A stretch of 64,000 nt of DNA from an uncultured bacterium (GTDB lineage Bacteria > Krumholzibacteriota > Krumholzibacteriia > LZORAL124-64-63). The notes under the pieces are model-generated. The model worked only from the letters and a program-made list of their open reading frames with translations, had not been told where the DNA came from and made no database searches. The first letter of the stretch is position 1; each line of letters opens with the position of its first letter. A program made the position numbers and the translations under genes. Below, piece after piece: positions 28,138-37,861 of this stretch. The DNA is taken from the NCBI GenBank assembly GCA_963732385.1, contig CAVSZB010000008.1:224001-288000 (forward strand). Reading direction: 5' to 3'.

Positions 28138-28969
28138 GACGCGCCGCCCCCTTGCCGGCCGCCGACCGTTTGGTCAGGGCGATGAAGAGATCTTCGAGGG
28201 CGATCCGGGATTTGTGCAGCTCGACCAGTTCGCCGGCCCGACCGCGCGCCAGCGTCGTGGCGGCCGCATCGACATCGCGCTCGAACAGCGGGTCGCCGCC
28301 GAGCGTCTGCCGGGCGAGGTCGCCGATCCGGCCGTCGGCCACGATGCGCCCCTCGTTGATGATGACCACCCGGTCGGTGACCGGCGGCACTTCCTGCAGG
28401 ATGTGCGTCGAGAAGATGATGCTCTTCTTGGTCGCGAGGCTGCGGATCAGGTCGCGGATGCCGAGGATCTGCAGCGGGTCGAGACCGCTCGTCGGCTCGT
28501 CGAGGATCAGGATGTCGGGGTCGTGGATCAGCGCCTGGGCGAGACCGGTGCGCTGACGGAAGCCCTTCGACAACTCCATGATCGGCTTCTTCAGTTCGCT
28601 GCCCAGGCCACAGGCGTCGACGCACCAGTCGAACCGCTCTCTGAGACGCGGTCCCTGCAGGCCGCGCGCCCTGCCCACGAACTCCAGATATTCCTGCACA
28701 TTCATGTCGACGTAGAGCGGGACGTTCTCGGGCAGGTACCCGATCCGGCCGCGCACCGCCAGCGGTTGTTCCCGGACGTCGATCCCCGCCACCGTCACCG
28801 TGCCCTCGTCGGGCGCGAGAAAGGTGGTGATGATCTTCATCGCCGTGCTCTTGCCGGCTCCGTTCGGGCCCAGGAAGCCGAGGATTTCGCCCTCGCCCAG
28901 GCGGAAGGAGACAGCATCGAGCGCGACGGTCGTCCCGAACCGCTTTGTCACGTCGCGTACCTCGATCAT
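28130..28969 (-). CDS. GldA-family ABC transporter ATP-binding protein
   Basis: GPNGAGKST, LSKGFRQRTGLAQALIHDP, LDEPTSGLDP, STH. Confidence 0.92.
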   Translation of the reverse strand: MIEVRDVTKRFGTTVALDAVSFRLGEGEILGFLGPNGAGKSTAMKIITTFLAPDEGTVTVAGIDVREQPLAVRGRIGYLPENVPLYVDMNVQEYLEFVGRARGLQGPRLRERFDWCVDACGLGSELKKPIMELSKGFRQRTGLAQALIHDPDILILDEPTSGLDPLQILGIRDLIRSLATKKSIIFSTHILQEVPPVTDRVVIINEGRIVADGRIGDLARQTLGGDPLFERDVDAAATTLARGRAGELVELHKSRIALEDLFIALTKRSAAGKGAARHV

Positions 28970-29179
28970 CGCGTGACTCCTCAGGGGACGGGTGGTGATA
29001 GGGGGTGGAACACTCACCATACCGCAGAGCGAGACCGGCAAAGCGCCCGGCGTTTCGGATCCGGCGATATGGAAGGGGCAATATACAGGAAGTTGGCGTC
29101 CCGGTTCCAGTCTTCTGCCGTGCGCGGCATCGACAGGGGAGGCGCGCGCGGTTAGGATCGGGGCGCTAGGGAGGCTGAG

Positions 29180-29614
29180 TTGGCGAAAGAAGGACGAAAA
29201 GGCCCGCCGCCGCCGCCCCGGGCGTGGGAATACACGCTGCCGGGCGGCTGGACGGTGCTGGCGGGCCGGACCGACGCGGATAACGAGCGTCTCAGCCTCG
29301 AGGTGGCGAGCGCCGATGACTGGTGGTTCCACCTGCGCGGCGCGCCGGGCAGCCATGTCATCCTGCGGGCGCGCCAGGGGTTCGAGCCGGACCGCGACAC
29401 GCTGCGCGCCGCAGCGGCGATCGCCGCCTGGCACAGCAAGGCGCGTCACGGCGGGATCCAGCCGGTCTCCTGCACGCGCGGGCGTTTCGTGGGCAAGCCG
29501 CGCGGCGCACCGACCGGCACGGTCGAAATCCGGCGTGAGACGGTGCTCAAAGTGCGTCCGGGACTCCCCCCGGGCGCCGGTCCTGACGACACGGAAGAAG
29601 GGGACGACGCATGA
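29180..29614 (+). CDS. Stand-alone NFACT-R (DUF814) RNA-binding domain protein
   Basis: GRTDADNERLS, DWWFHLRGAPGSHVIL, AAAIAAWHSKAR, KPRGAPTGTV; TTG start with GGAGG RBS. Confidence 0.85.
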   Translation: MAKEGRKGPPPPPRAWEYTLPGGWTVLAGRTDADNERLSLEVASADDWWFHLRGAPGSHVILRARQGFEPDRDTLRAAAAIAAWHSKARHGGIQPVSCTRGRFVGKPRGAPTGTVEIRRETVLKVRPGLPPGAGPDDTEEGDDA

Positions 29615-31038
29615 GGCGCACGCGAATCATCGCCACGCTCGGGCCGGCCGTGGCCGATCCCGGGGTTCTGCAGCGGCTGCTTGCGGCGGGCACGGATGCC
29701 GTGCGGCTGAACTTTTCCCACGGCACCCACGAGGACCACGCGCGTTCGATCGTCCGCCTGCGGGAGGCGGCGGCGGGGCTCGGGCGGCCGGTGGCGATCA
29801 TCGCCGACCTGTGCGGCCCGAAGCTGCGCACCGGCCCGCTCGCCGCCGGGCCGGTGGAGCTGCGCGACGGGGAGCCGTTCACGCTCACTGCGCGCGATGT
29901 CCCCGGCGATGCGCACGAGACCGGCCTGTCGTGGCCGGCGCTCGCGCGCGACGTGCGCGTCGGCGACGCCCTGCTGCTCGACGACGGCGCCCTCGAACTC
30001 AGGGTGGAGTCGACCGACGGCACCGACGTGCGCTGTGTCGTGGTGCGGGGCGGTCTCCTCGGCGCCCGCAAGGGGATCAACCTGCCGCACACACCGGTCA
30101 GCGCGCCGGCCCTCACGGAGAAGGACCGCGCCGACCTCGCCTTCGGGCTGTCCCACGGCATCGACGCGGTGATGCTCTCGTTCGTGCGCCGTCCGGAGGA
30201 TCTGCAGGAGACGCGGGCCCTGATGCGCGCGGCCGGCGCCGACGCCCTGCTCTACGCCAAGATCGAGCGAGCCGAGGCGGTGGCGCGCGTGGACGCCCTG
30301 CTGCCGCACTGCGACGGCATCGTCGTGGCGCGCGGCGATCTCGGCGTGGAGATTCCGCTCGAGGGGGTGCCGCCGGCCCAGAAACTGCTCATCGACAAAG
30401 CGCTGCAGGCGGGCAAGCTCTGCATCACGGCCACCCAGATGCTCAAGTCGATGGTGGAAAGCTCCCGGCCGACGCGCGCCGAGGTCTCCGACGTGGCCAA
30501 CGCCGTGCTCGATGGCAGCGACGGTCTGCTCCTGACCGAGGAGACCGCGGCGGGGCGTTATCCGGTGGAGGCGGTGGCCATGATGGCGCGTGTCGTCGAG
30601 GCGGCCGAGTCGATCTTCCCGCACCGCACCTGGGAGCACCGCTTCGATCCCCGCGCCCGCTCCGGCGCGCCCGAGGCGGTGGCCCATGCCGCGGTGCGCA
30701 TGGCGGCCGAACTGGGCGCTGCCGCGATCATCACCCTGACCCGCTCCGGCAGCACCACGCAGCTGGTGGCGCGCTGGCGGCCGGTCCAGCCGGTGCTTGC
30801 GCTGACCCCCGAGCCGTCGGTGATGCGGCGGCTGAGCCTGGTGTGGGGGGCGCAGCCGGCGCTGCTGGATGCCGAGCAGGATGGCGATCTGCTGCAGACC
30901 CAGGCGCTGGCGGCCTGCGCCCGTTCCGGCCTGGCGCGTCCGGGCGATACGGTCGTTTTGACCGCCGGCTGGCCGCTCTCCGCAGCCGGCGGCACGAACC
31001 TGATCCGGGTGGCGAAGGTGCCGGCTCTGGAGGGGTAG
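29611..31038 (+). CDS. pyk: Pyruvate kinase
   Basis: IIATLGP, RLNFSHG, GPKLR, AKIE, VARGDLGVE, ATQML, PTRAEVSDVANAVLDG. Confidence 0.95.
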   Translation: MRRTRIIATLGPAVADPGVLQRLLAAGTDAVRLNFSHGTHEDHARSIVRLREAAAGLGRPVAIIADLCGPKLRTGPLAAGPVELRDGEPFTLTARDVPGDAHETGLSWPALARDVRVGDALLLDDGALELRVESTDGTDVRCVVVRGGLLGARKGINLPHTPVSAPALTEKDRADLAFGLSHGIDAVMLSFVRRPEDLQETRALMRAAGADALLYAKIERAEAVARVDALLPHCDGIVVARGDLGVEIPLEGVPPAQKLLIDKALQAGKLCITATQMLKSMVESSRPTRAEVSDVANAVLDGSDGLLLTEETAAGRYPVEAVAMMARVVEAAESIFPHRTWEHRFDPRARSGAPEAVAHAAVRMAAELGAAAIITLTRSGSTTQLVARWRPVQPVLALTPEPSVMRRLSLVWGAQPALLDAEQDGDLLQTQALAACARSGLARPGDTVVLTAGWPLSAAGGTNLIRVAKVPALEG

Positions 31039-31040
31039 CG

Positions 31041-31817
31041 ATGTTCGGTTTCAAGGCGAGGCGGCGCCGGCGCCTGCTGGCCACGCCGCTGCCGCCGGCG
31101 TGGGAAGCGATCCTGCGCGATGAGGTGGCGCTGTACGCCCGGCTGCCGGTGGCCGACCAGGCCGAGCTGCGCGGTCTCGCGCAGGTCGTCCTGGCGGAGA
31201 AGCGCTTCGAGGGGTGTGGTGGCCTGGCGCTGGACGACCGCATGCGCGTCGTAATCGCCGGGCAGGCCTGCCTGCTGCTGCTGCACCGCGCCGGCGACTT
31301 CTTTCCCCGCCTGCAGTCGGTGCTCGTCTACCCCGTGCCCTTCGTCACCAACGAGGAGCTGGAGGAGGTCGACGGCATCGTCGGCGAGGACGATGGCGAG
31401 CGGCTCGGCGAATCGTGGGGGCAGGGGGCGCTGGTGCTGTCGTGGCAGGACGTGGCGCTCGACCTCACGGCCCCCGACGACGGCTTCAACGTCGTCCTGC
31501 ACGAATTCGCCCACCAGATCGACGAGGAGTACGGCATCTCGGACGGCACGGCCCCGTTCGCCGGCACGGAGGGGGCGCGGTGGGCCGAGGTGTGGGAGAG
31601 CGAGTTCGCGCAGCACGCGGCCGACGTGCGCCGGGGCAAGCGGACCTTCGTCGACGAATACGGCGCCGACGATCCGGGCGAGTTCTTCGCCGTCGCCACG
31701 GAGCATTTTTTCGAGGAGCCGCGCGAACTGCGCGCGCGTCACCCGCGGTTGTACGAGCAGCTGCGGCTGTTCTACCGGCAGGACCCCGCCGCGTGGGGCC
31801 TGGCCGGCAGGGAGTGA
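31041..31817 (+). CDS. M90-family zinc peptidase (MtfA-like)
   Basis: EKRFEGCGGL, IAGQACL, GESW, NVVLHEFAHQID, EFFAVATEHFFE. Confidence 0.9.
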   Translation: MFGFKARRRRRLLATPLPPAWEAILRDEVALYARLPVADQAELRGLAQVVLAEKRFEGCGGLALDDRMRVVIAGQACLLLLHRAGDFFPRLQSVLVYPVPFVTNEELEEVDGIVGEDDGERLGESWGQGALVLSWQDVALDLTAPDDGFNVVLHEFAHQIDEEYGISDGTAPFAGTEGARWAEVWESEFAQHAADVRRGKRTFVDEYGADDPGEFFAVATEHFFEEPRELRARHPRLYEQLRLFYRQDPAAWGLAGRE

Positions 31818-31845
31818 AGCGGGGAGGCGCCGCTCAGTCCACCGC

Positions 31846-33165
31846 TCAGCCGTCCCGCTCCACGTTGACGACCTGTCCCCCGACCACGACCGCCCGCGCC
31901 GACGTCGGCTGGCAGAGCAGCAGCGCCGCCACCCGGTCGCCGACGCGGTCGTGGCCGAGGTCGTCGAGCGAGAAGATCGCAAGGTCGCAGGCGCGACCCG
32001 GCTCGACGGCGCCGATGTCGTCGCGGCCGAGGCAGCCGGCCCCGCCGAGCGTGGCCATCTCCAGCACCTCCTGCACGCGCATTCCTGACGGGCCGTGGAT
32101 GACGCGGTGCAGCAGCAGCGTCTGGCGCAGCTCGGCGAGCAGGTGCGAGCCGTCGTTGCTGGCCGAGCCGTCGACCGCCAGACCGACCGTCACGCCGGCG
32201 GCGCGCAGGTCGCGCACGCGGCAGACCCCCGAGCCGAGGCGCATGTTCGACGTCGGACAGTGGGCGATCGCCACGCCGGCGCGGCCGAGGCGCGCCACTT
32301 CGGCGTCGTCGAAGAAGATGCCGTGGGCCAGCCAGACATCGTTGGCGAGCCAGCCGACCGACTCCAGGAAATCGAGCGGGCGCAGGCCGTAGATGGCCTG
32401 GCAGTAGTCGTTCTCGTCGCGCGTCTCGGCGAGGTGCGTGTGCAGGCGGACGCCGTGGCGGCGCGCCAGCGCGGCGGTGTCGCGCATCAGTTCGGGGCTG
32501 ACCGAGAAGGGGGAGCAGGGGGCGAGCGCCAGGCGCACCATGGCGCCGGGGCGCGGATCATGCCAGGCGCGGATGAGTCGTTCGCTGTCGGCGAGGATCG
32601 TGTCGGGATCCTGCACCACGTCGTCGGGGGGGAGGCCGCCGTCCTTGACCGAGCGCGACATCGAGCCGCGCGTCGGGTGGAAGCGGATGCCGGCTTCCTG
32701 CGCGGCGTCGATCGTGATGTCGATCAGCTCGGCGGAGGCGCCGCGCGGGAACAGGTAGTGGTGGTCGGTGGTCGTGGTGCAGCCGGAGCGCAGCAGTTCG
32801 CGGAAGCCGACCAGCGCCGCGTGGTGGAAGTCGAGATCGCGCAGCTTCGCCCAGACCGGATAGAGGGCGCGCAGCCAGTCGAACAGACCGGCATCGACGG
32901 CGCCGGGCCAGGCGCGGGTGCGGGTCTGGAACAGGTGATGGTGCGTGTTGACGAGTCCCGGCAAAACGACGCAGCCGGCGGCGTCGATGCGGTGGTGGCG
33001 GTCGCGCGGCACGGCGCCGATGAGGTCGGGCGCGCGGCCGGTGCCGACCGCGGTGATCAGCCCCCCCGTGGCCGCGACCCAGCCGCCATCGATCACCTCG
33101 CGGCCGGCGTTCATGGTAACCAGGGGCGCCGCGTTCTCCAGCAGGAAGTGCTCGTGCGTCGTCAT
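31846..33165 (-). CDS. 8-oxoguanine deaminase-like amidohydrolase
   Basis: VNTHHHLFQTRTR, LFDWLRALYPVW, SGCTTTTDHHY, RGSMS, APCSPFSV, HTHLAET, HCPTSNMRLGSG, VDGSASND. Confidence 0.88.
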   Translation of the reverse strand: MTTHEHFLLENAAPLVTMNAGREVIDGGWVAATGGLITAVGTGRAPDLIGAVPRDRHHRIDAAGCVVLPGLVNTHHHLFQTRTRAWPGAVDAGLFDWLRALYPVWAKLRDLDFHHAALVGFRELLRSGCTTTTDHHYLFPRGASAELIDITIDAAQEAGIRFHPTRGSMSRSVKDGGLPPDDVVQDPDTILADSERLIRAWHDPRPGAMVRLALAPCSPFSVSPELMRDTAALARRHGVRLHTHLAETRDENDYCQAIYGLRPLDFLESVGWLANDVWLAHGIFFDDAEVARLGRAGVAIAHCPTSNMRLGSGVCRVRDLRAAGVTVGLAVDGSASNDGSHLLAELRQTLLLHRVIHGPSGMRVQEVLEMATLGGAGCLGRDDIGAVEPGRACDLAIFSLDDLGHDRVGDRVAALLLCQPTSARAVVVGGQVVNVERDG

Positions 33166-33287
33166 GGCTCCCTCCCGGGGCGCCGGTGCCGGTCATCTTG
33201 GCCCTTGGGGCCGTCCGCATAGTCAGTTATACTGCACGGCGGTTGGGACCGCCAGGACGGCGGGCGCGACCGGGAGGTCGGCGGGCG

Positions 33288-34169
33288 GTGAAGGACCTGC
33301 GTGAATATCGCCGAGCAACATCGGCCGCCGAAGCGGTCGAGCTGCTGCGGGCCGGACCGGGGCGGGGCATCTACATCGCCGGCGGCACCGATCTTTTCCT
33401 GATGATGCCTCCCGGTGTCGACTATGTGGTGGACATCAACGGTGCGGGGCTCGACCGCATCGAGCGCACGGCGGAGGACGAACTGTTCATCGGCGCGGCG
33501 GCCACGCTGCAGGCGGTGGCCATGTCTCCTCTGGCGCAGCGCTACGCCGGCGGCGCGGTCGCCGAGGCGGCCGTACACTGCGCAAACCGTCCGGTGCGCT
33601 CCACCGCCACCCTCGGCGGCAATCTCTGCAACGCGCTCCCCTCGGCCGACCTCGCGCCGATCCTGCTGGCGCTGGACGCCCGCGCATTGATGAGCGACGG
33701 CGCGCGCGAGGAGATCGTGCCGCTGGCCGAATTCTTTACCGGGCCCCGGCGCACCGTGCTCGGCGACCGGCTGCTGCTGGCGATTCTCCTGCCGGGGCGG
33801 TGCGGCGGCAGCCGCGCCCGTGCCCGCAAGCTGAGCCGCACCGCCGAGGACATTTCGCTCGTGCAGGTGGCGGTGGCGCTCGATATGGACGGCCCGCTGA
33901 TCCGCGGCGCCCGCGTGGCGCTGGGCGCCGTGGCGCCGACGCCGCGGCGCGCCCCGGCCGCTGAAGAGGCTCTGACCGGCCTGAAGGTGCTGGCGCCCGG
34001 CGCCGCGAGCGCCATTGCCGCCGCGGCGCAGCTCGCCGCCGCGCGCGCCGAGCCGATCGACGATCACCGCGCCTCGGCAGCCTACCGGCGCGCGATGGTG
34101 GCCGTGTTGACGCGGCGCCTGGTGCGCGAACTTACCGGCCTGCCGTCCGTCGAGGGGGTGCACCCGTGA
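33288..34169 (+). CDS. Xanthine-dehydrogenase-family FAD-binding subunit
   Basis: IAGGTDL, ATLGGNLCN, PSADL, DDHRASAAYR; GTG start after GGAGG. Confidence 0.88.
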   Translation: MKDLREYRRATSAAEAVELLRAGPGRGIYIAGGTDLFLMMPPGVDYVVDINGAGLDRIERTAEDELFIGAAATLQAVAMSPLAQRYAGGAVAEAAVHCANRPVRSTATLGGNLCNALPSADLAPILLALDARALMSDGAREEIVPLAEFFTGPRRTVLGDRLLLAILLPGRCGGSRARARKLSRTAEDISLVQVAVALDMDGPLIRGARVALGAVAPTPRRAPAAEEALTGLKVLAPGAASAIAAAAQLAAARAEPIDDHRASAAYRRAMVAVLTRRLVRELTGLPSVEGVHP

Positions 34170-34720
34170 GGATCGAACTGACTCTCAACGGCGCTCCCGC
34201 CGCGTGGGACGTGGCGCCGGGCGAGCGGCTGCTCGATGCGCTGCGGAGCTGCGGCTGCGTCTCGGTGAAACGGGGTTGCGAGACCGGCGACTGTGGCTGC
34301 TGCGCCGTCCTGCTCGACGGCGAGCCGGTCTCGTCGTGCGTGGTCGCCGCGGCGCGCGCGCACGGACGGGTCGTGACCACCCTCGAGGGGCTGGCCGGAG
34401 ACCCGCTGCTCGCGCGGCTGCAGGCGGCTTTTTTGGCCGCCGGCGCGGTGCAGTGCGGCTATTGCGCGCCAGGCATGCTGATCGTGTCGTGGGCCCTGCT
34501 GCGCGGCGGCGGCCCGGTGGACGAGGCGGCGGTGCGCCAGGCCCTTTCGGGCAGCCTCTGCCGCTGCACCGGCTACGAGAAGCCGGTGAGCGCGATTCTG
34601 GCCGCGGCCGGGCGCCCCGTGAGGCTGTTGCACGGCGGTCGGGGGGAGCGGGGCGGGACCGGGCGCGGCGGCACCGCCGGCTCGTCGTCGCCGCCGGCCC
34701 GCCGGGAGGGCAAGCCATGA
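34166..34720 (+). CDS. Xanthine-dehydrogenase-family 2x[2Fe-2S] subunit
   Basis: KRGCETGDCGCC, SSC, QCGYCAPG, CRCTGY; GTGA overlap. Confidence 0.92.
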   Translation: MRIELTLNGAPAAWDVAPGERLLDALRSCGCVSVKRGCETGDCGCCAVLLDGEPVSSCVVAAARAHGRVVTTLEGLAGDPLLARLQAAFLAAGAVQCGYCAPGMLIVSWALLRGGGPVDEAAVRQALSGSLCRCTGYEKPVSAILAAAGRPVRLLHGGRGERGGTGRGGTAGSSSPPARREGKP

Positions 34721-37071
34721 CGGTCCTGCTGCGCGATCCGGCCGCGCCGCCGGCCGCCGTCGTGGGCGCGAGCGTGGAGCGGGTGGACGGGCGCGCCCTC
34801 GTCAGGGGCGAACCGGTCTTCACCGACGACGCGCACCCCGACGGCATGCTGTGGGCGAAGGTGCTGCCGTCGCCGCATGCGCACGCGCGGATCGTCCGGG
34901 TGGACAAGCGGCGCGCGCTGGCGCATCCCGGCGTGGTGACGGTGCTCTGCCACGAGGACGTCAAGCCGATCCTGCACACCCGCGCGGGACAGAGCTGGCC
35001 GGAGCCGTCGCCGTACGACACGACGATCCTGCCGGCGAAGGCGCGCTTCGTGGGGGACCGCGTGGCGGTCGTGGCGGCGCGCACGCTGCGCGCGGCCGAG
35101 GAGGCGCTCGAGCTGATCGACGTCGAATACGAGGTGCTGCCGGCGCTGATCGACCCCGAGGAGGCGCTGCGGCGGACCGACGTGCTGGTGCACGAGGAGC
35201 CCGATCCGCGCGGCATCGCCGAGGGGGGGCGCAGCAACCTGGCCGCCCGTCTCGACATCCAGGTGGGGGACGTGGCGGCGGCGCTGCTCACGGCCGATCT
35301 GGTCTGCGAGCGGACCTATATCGTGCCGCGGGTGCAGGCGAGCCACCTCGAGCCGCACGTGGCGATCGCCTGGATCGACAGCGACGGGCGTCTGGTCGTG
35401 CGCACCAGCACGCAGGTGCCGTTCCACCTGCGGCGGATCCTGGCGCGGGTGCTCGAGCTGCCCGAGGCGCGCATCCGCGTGATCAAGCCGCGCGTGGGGG
35501 GCGGCTTCGGCGACAAGCAGGAGATGGTCCTCGAGGACCTGGTGGCGCTGCTCGCTTTGCGCACCGGCAAACCGGTGCGCTACGAGATGACGCGGGCCGA
35601 GGAGTTGATCGCCGCGCGTCACCGTCACCCGCAGCGGATCACGATGACCACCGGCGTCATGCGTGACGGCCGCATCGTGGCCAACCGCATGGTGGTGCTG
35701 GCCGACACCGGCGCCTACGGCAGCCATGCGCTGACGGTGCAGGGCAATACCGGTCAGAAGGTGCTGCCGCTCTACCCGTGCGAGAACATCCATTTCCATG
35801 TTGACTGCGTCTACACGAACACGCCGGTCTGCGGCGCCTTCCGTGGCTATGGTGCGCCCCAGGGCTTCTTCGCGCTGGAGAGCCACGTCGACACGATCGC
35901 GCGCGAGCTCGGCATGGACCCGCTCGAACTGCGCCGGCTCAACCACATCCGCCTCGGGCAGACCGACCCTCTCTCGGCGAAACTCGGCGAGGGCCGCAAG
36001 GGCCTCGCGCGGGTGGTGCACAGCAGCGGGCTCGAGGAGGCGATCCGGCGCGGCGCCGAGGCGATCGGCTGGGGGCGGAAGCGGCCGGCTTCCGCGCCGC
36101 ACCTGCGCCGGGGCCTGGGCGTCGGTCTGGCGATGCAGGGCTCCGGCATTGCCGGCGTCGACTGGGCCGCCGCCACCGTGAAGCTGAACGACGACGGCAG
36201 CGTGAACCTGCTCGTCGGCGCCACCGACATCGGCCAGGGCAGCGACACGGTGCTGGCGCAGATCTGCGCCGAGACGCTCGGTCTGCCGGTCGAGAAGGTG
36301 ATCGTGACCAGCTCCGACACCGACATCACGCCGTTCGATGTCGGCGCGTACGCCTCGAGCACCACCTACGTCTCGGGCGGCGCGGTGGAGAAGGCGGCGC
36401 GCGAGCTGCGCGACCAGCTCGGCGCGATCGTCGCGCACAAGTGGGGATGCGAGCCGGCCGAGGTCCGCTTCGGCGGCGACCGCATCGACGGCCCGGCCGC
36501 GCCCGACGGCGCGTCGCGTTCGCTGACCATGGGCGAAGCGGCGCTCGTGGCGCTCTACGAGGCGAAGACGCAGCCGGCGGCCACCGCCAGTCATATGGCG
36601 GAAGATTCTCCGCCGCCGTTCGCGGCGCAGTACGCCGACGTGGAGGTCGACATCGAGACCGGCGAGGTGTTCGTCCGGCGGCTGGTGTCGGCGGTCGACT
36701 GCGGCACCGCGGTCAATCCGCAGTCCACGGAGGGGCAGATCGAGGGGGCGGTGTCGCAGGCGCTCGGCTACGCCCTGTTCGAGGAGGTCCTGATCGACGA
36801 GCGGGGCCGCGTGCGCAACCCCAACTTCCTCGACTACAAGATCGCCACCGCGATGGACATGCCGGAGATGGTCACCATCCTGGTCCCGACCCACGAACCG
36901 AGCGGCCCGTTCGGCGCCAAGGCGGCCGGCGAGGTGCCGATCGACGGCCCCGCTCCGGCGATCCTCAACGCCATCGCCGACGCCACCGGCGCGCGCCTCA
37001 CGCAACTCCCCGCCACCCCGGAGCGGGTCTGGCGGGCGCTGCGCGAGCAGGCGAAACGGGCGCTCGACTAG
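34717..37071 (+). CDS. Xanthine-dehydrogenase-family molybdopterin subunit (XdhA/XdhD-like)
   Basis: SPHAHARI, LEPH, STQVPF, VGGGFGDKQ, AYGSHA, AFRGYGAPQG, DIGQGS, GQIEG, GPFGAKAAGE. Confidence 0.92.
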   Translation: MTVLLRDPAAPPAAVVGASVERVDGRALVRGEPVFTDDAHPDGMLWAKVLPSPHAHARIVRVDKRRALAHPGVVTVLCHEDVKPILHTRAGQSWPEPSPYDTTILPAKARFVGDRVAVVAARTLRAAEEALELIDVEYEVLPALIDPEEALRRTDVLVHEEPDPRGIAEGGRSNLAARLDIQVGDVAAALLTADLVCERTYIVPRVQASHLEPHVAIAWIDSDGRLVVRTSTQVPFHLRRILARVLELPEARIRVIKPRVGGGFGDKQEMVLEDLVALLALRTGKPVRYEMTRAEELIAARHRHPQRITMTTGVMRDGRIVANRMVVLADTGAYGSHALTVQGNTGQKVLPLYPCENIHFHVDCVYTNTPVCGAFRGYGAPQGFFALESHVDTIARELGMDPLELRRLNHIRLGQTDPLSAKLGEGRKGLARVVHSSGLEEAIRRGAEAIGWGRKRPASAPHLRRGLGVGLAMQGSGIAGVDWAAATVKLNDDGSVNLLVGATDIGQGSDTVLAQICAETLGLPVEKVIVTSSDTDITPFDVGAYASSTTYVSGGAVEKAARELRDQLGAIVAHKWGCEPAEVRFGGDRIDGPAAPDGASRSLTMGEAALVALYEAKTQPAATASHMAEDSPPPFAAQYADVEVDIETGEVFVRRLVSAVDCGTAVNPQSTEGQIEGAVSQALGYALFEEVLIDERGRVRNPNFLDYKIATAMDMPEMVTILVPTHEPSGPFGAKAAGEVPIDGPAPAILNAIADATGARLTQLPATPERVWRALREQAKRALD

Positions 37072-37120
37072 GCCCCCGTCCCTCGGCGCGATCGCGGGAT
37101 TTTCCCGCGGCTGCCCGGTG

Positions 37121-37148
37121 TTGACGCCCCGGTCGTTGTCGCTACAAT
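37121..37148 (+). promoter_or_regulatory. Sigma70 promoter of the lpoB operon
   Basis: TTGACG, 16-bp spacer, TACAAT. Confidence 0.6.
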
Positions 37149-37233
37149 GGCGGGGTCGCCGCGCGGGCGGCGCGCGGTCCCCGAACCGATCCCCCTGAGC
37201 GCTCCGAGGCCCTTCGTCAGGAGGCTTTTCCCC

Positions 37234-37854
37234 ATGTCGCGAATGCCGAACCGGTTCGTTTTCGTTTTCGCCCTGATCCTGTTGCCCGTCGCGCTGGCCG
37301 GCTGCGGCGGCGGCAAGGTGGTCAGCCGCGTGGACACAGGCGAGCAGATCGATCTGTCGGGCAACTGGAACGATGTGGACAGCCGGCAGGCGGCGAACGA
37401 TCTCGTCGCGCAGTCCACGGCCGGGACGCCGTGGATCGAGAACTTCATGATGGAGAAGGGGACGAAGCCGACGCTCATCGTCGGGGCGATCCGCAACAAG
37501 TCGGCGGAGCACATCCCGATGAAGACGCTGGTGGCCGATCTCGAGAGGACGTTCATCAACTCGGGACGGGTGCGGGTCGTCGCCTCCGCGGAAGAGCGCG
37601 AGGGGGTCCGCGACGAGCGCGCCGATCAGCAGGAATTCGCTTCGCCCGAATCGCAGGCGCGCTGGGGCCGGGAGAAGGGGGCGAACTACATGCTCCTGGG
37701 CGAGGTCAACACGATCATCGACCGGGAGGAGGGGAACGAGGTCAAGTACTACCAGGTGGACAGCTACCTGGTGGACCTGCAGACGAACGAGAAGGTCTGG
37801 GTGGGGCAGACCAAGCTCAAGAAGTTCGTCGGTCGCAAGGCCTACAAGCCGTAG
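37234..37854 (+). CDS. Penicillin-binding-protein activator LpoB-like lipoprotein
   Basis: Lipobox LAGC; DLSGNWNDVD, IRNKSAEHI, YYQVDSYLVDLQTNEKVW; AGGAGG RBS. Confidence 0.85.
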   Translation: MSRMPNRFVFVFALILLPVALAGCGGGKVVSRVDTGEQIDLSGNWNDVDSRQAANDLVAQSTAGTPWIENFMMEKGTKPTLIVGAIRNKSAEHIPMKTLVADLERTFINSGRVRVVASAEEREGVRDERADQQEFASPESQARWGREKGANYMLLGEVNTIIDREEGNEVKYYQVDSYLVDLQTNEKVWVGQTKLKKFVGRKAYKP

Positions 37855-37861
37855 GGGCGCC

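Noticed and set aside
21678..37071. Selenocysteine recoding in the selenium-linked purine genes
   Set aside because: The genes read through without internal UGA, and no SECIS context or sel genes were seen.
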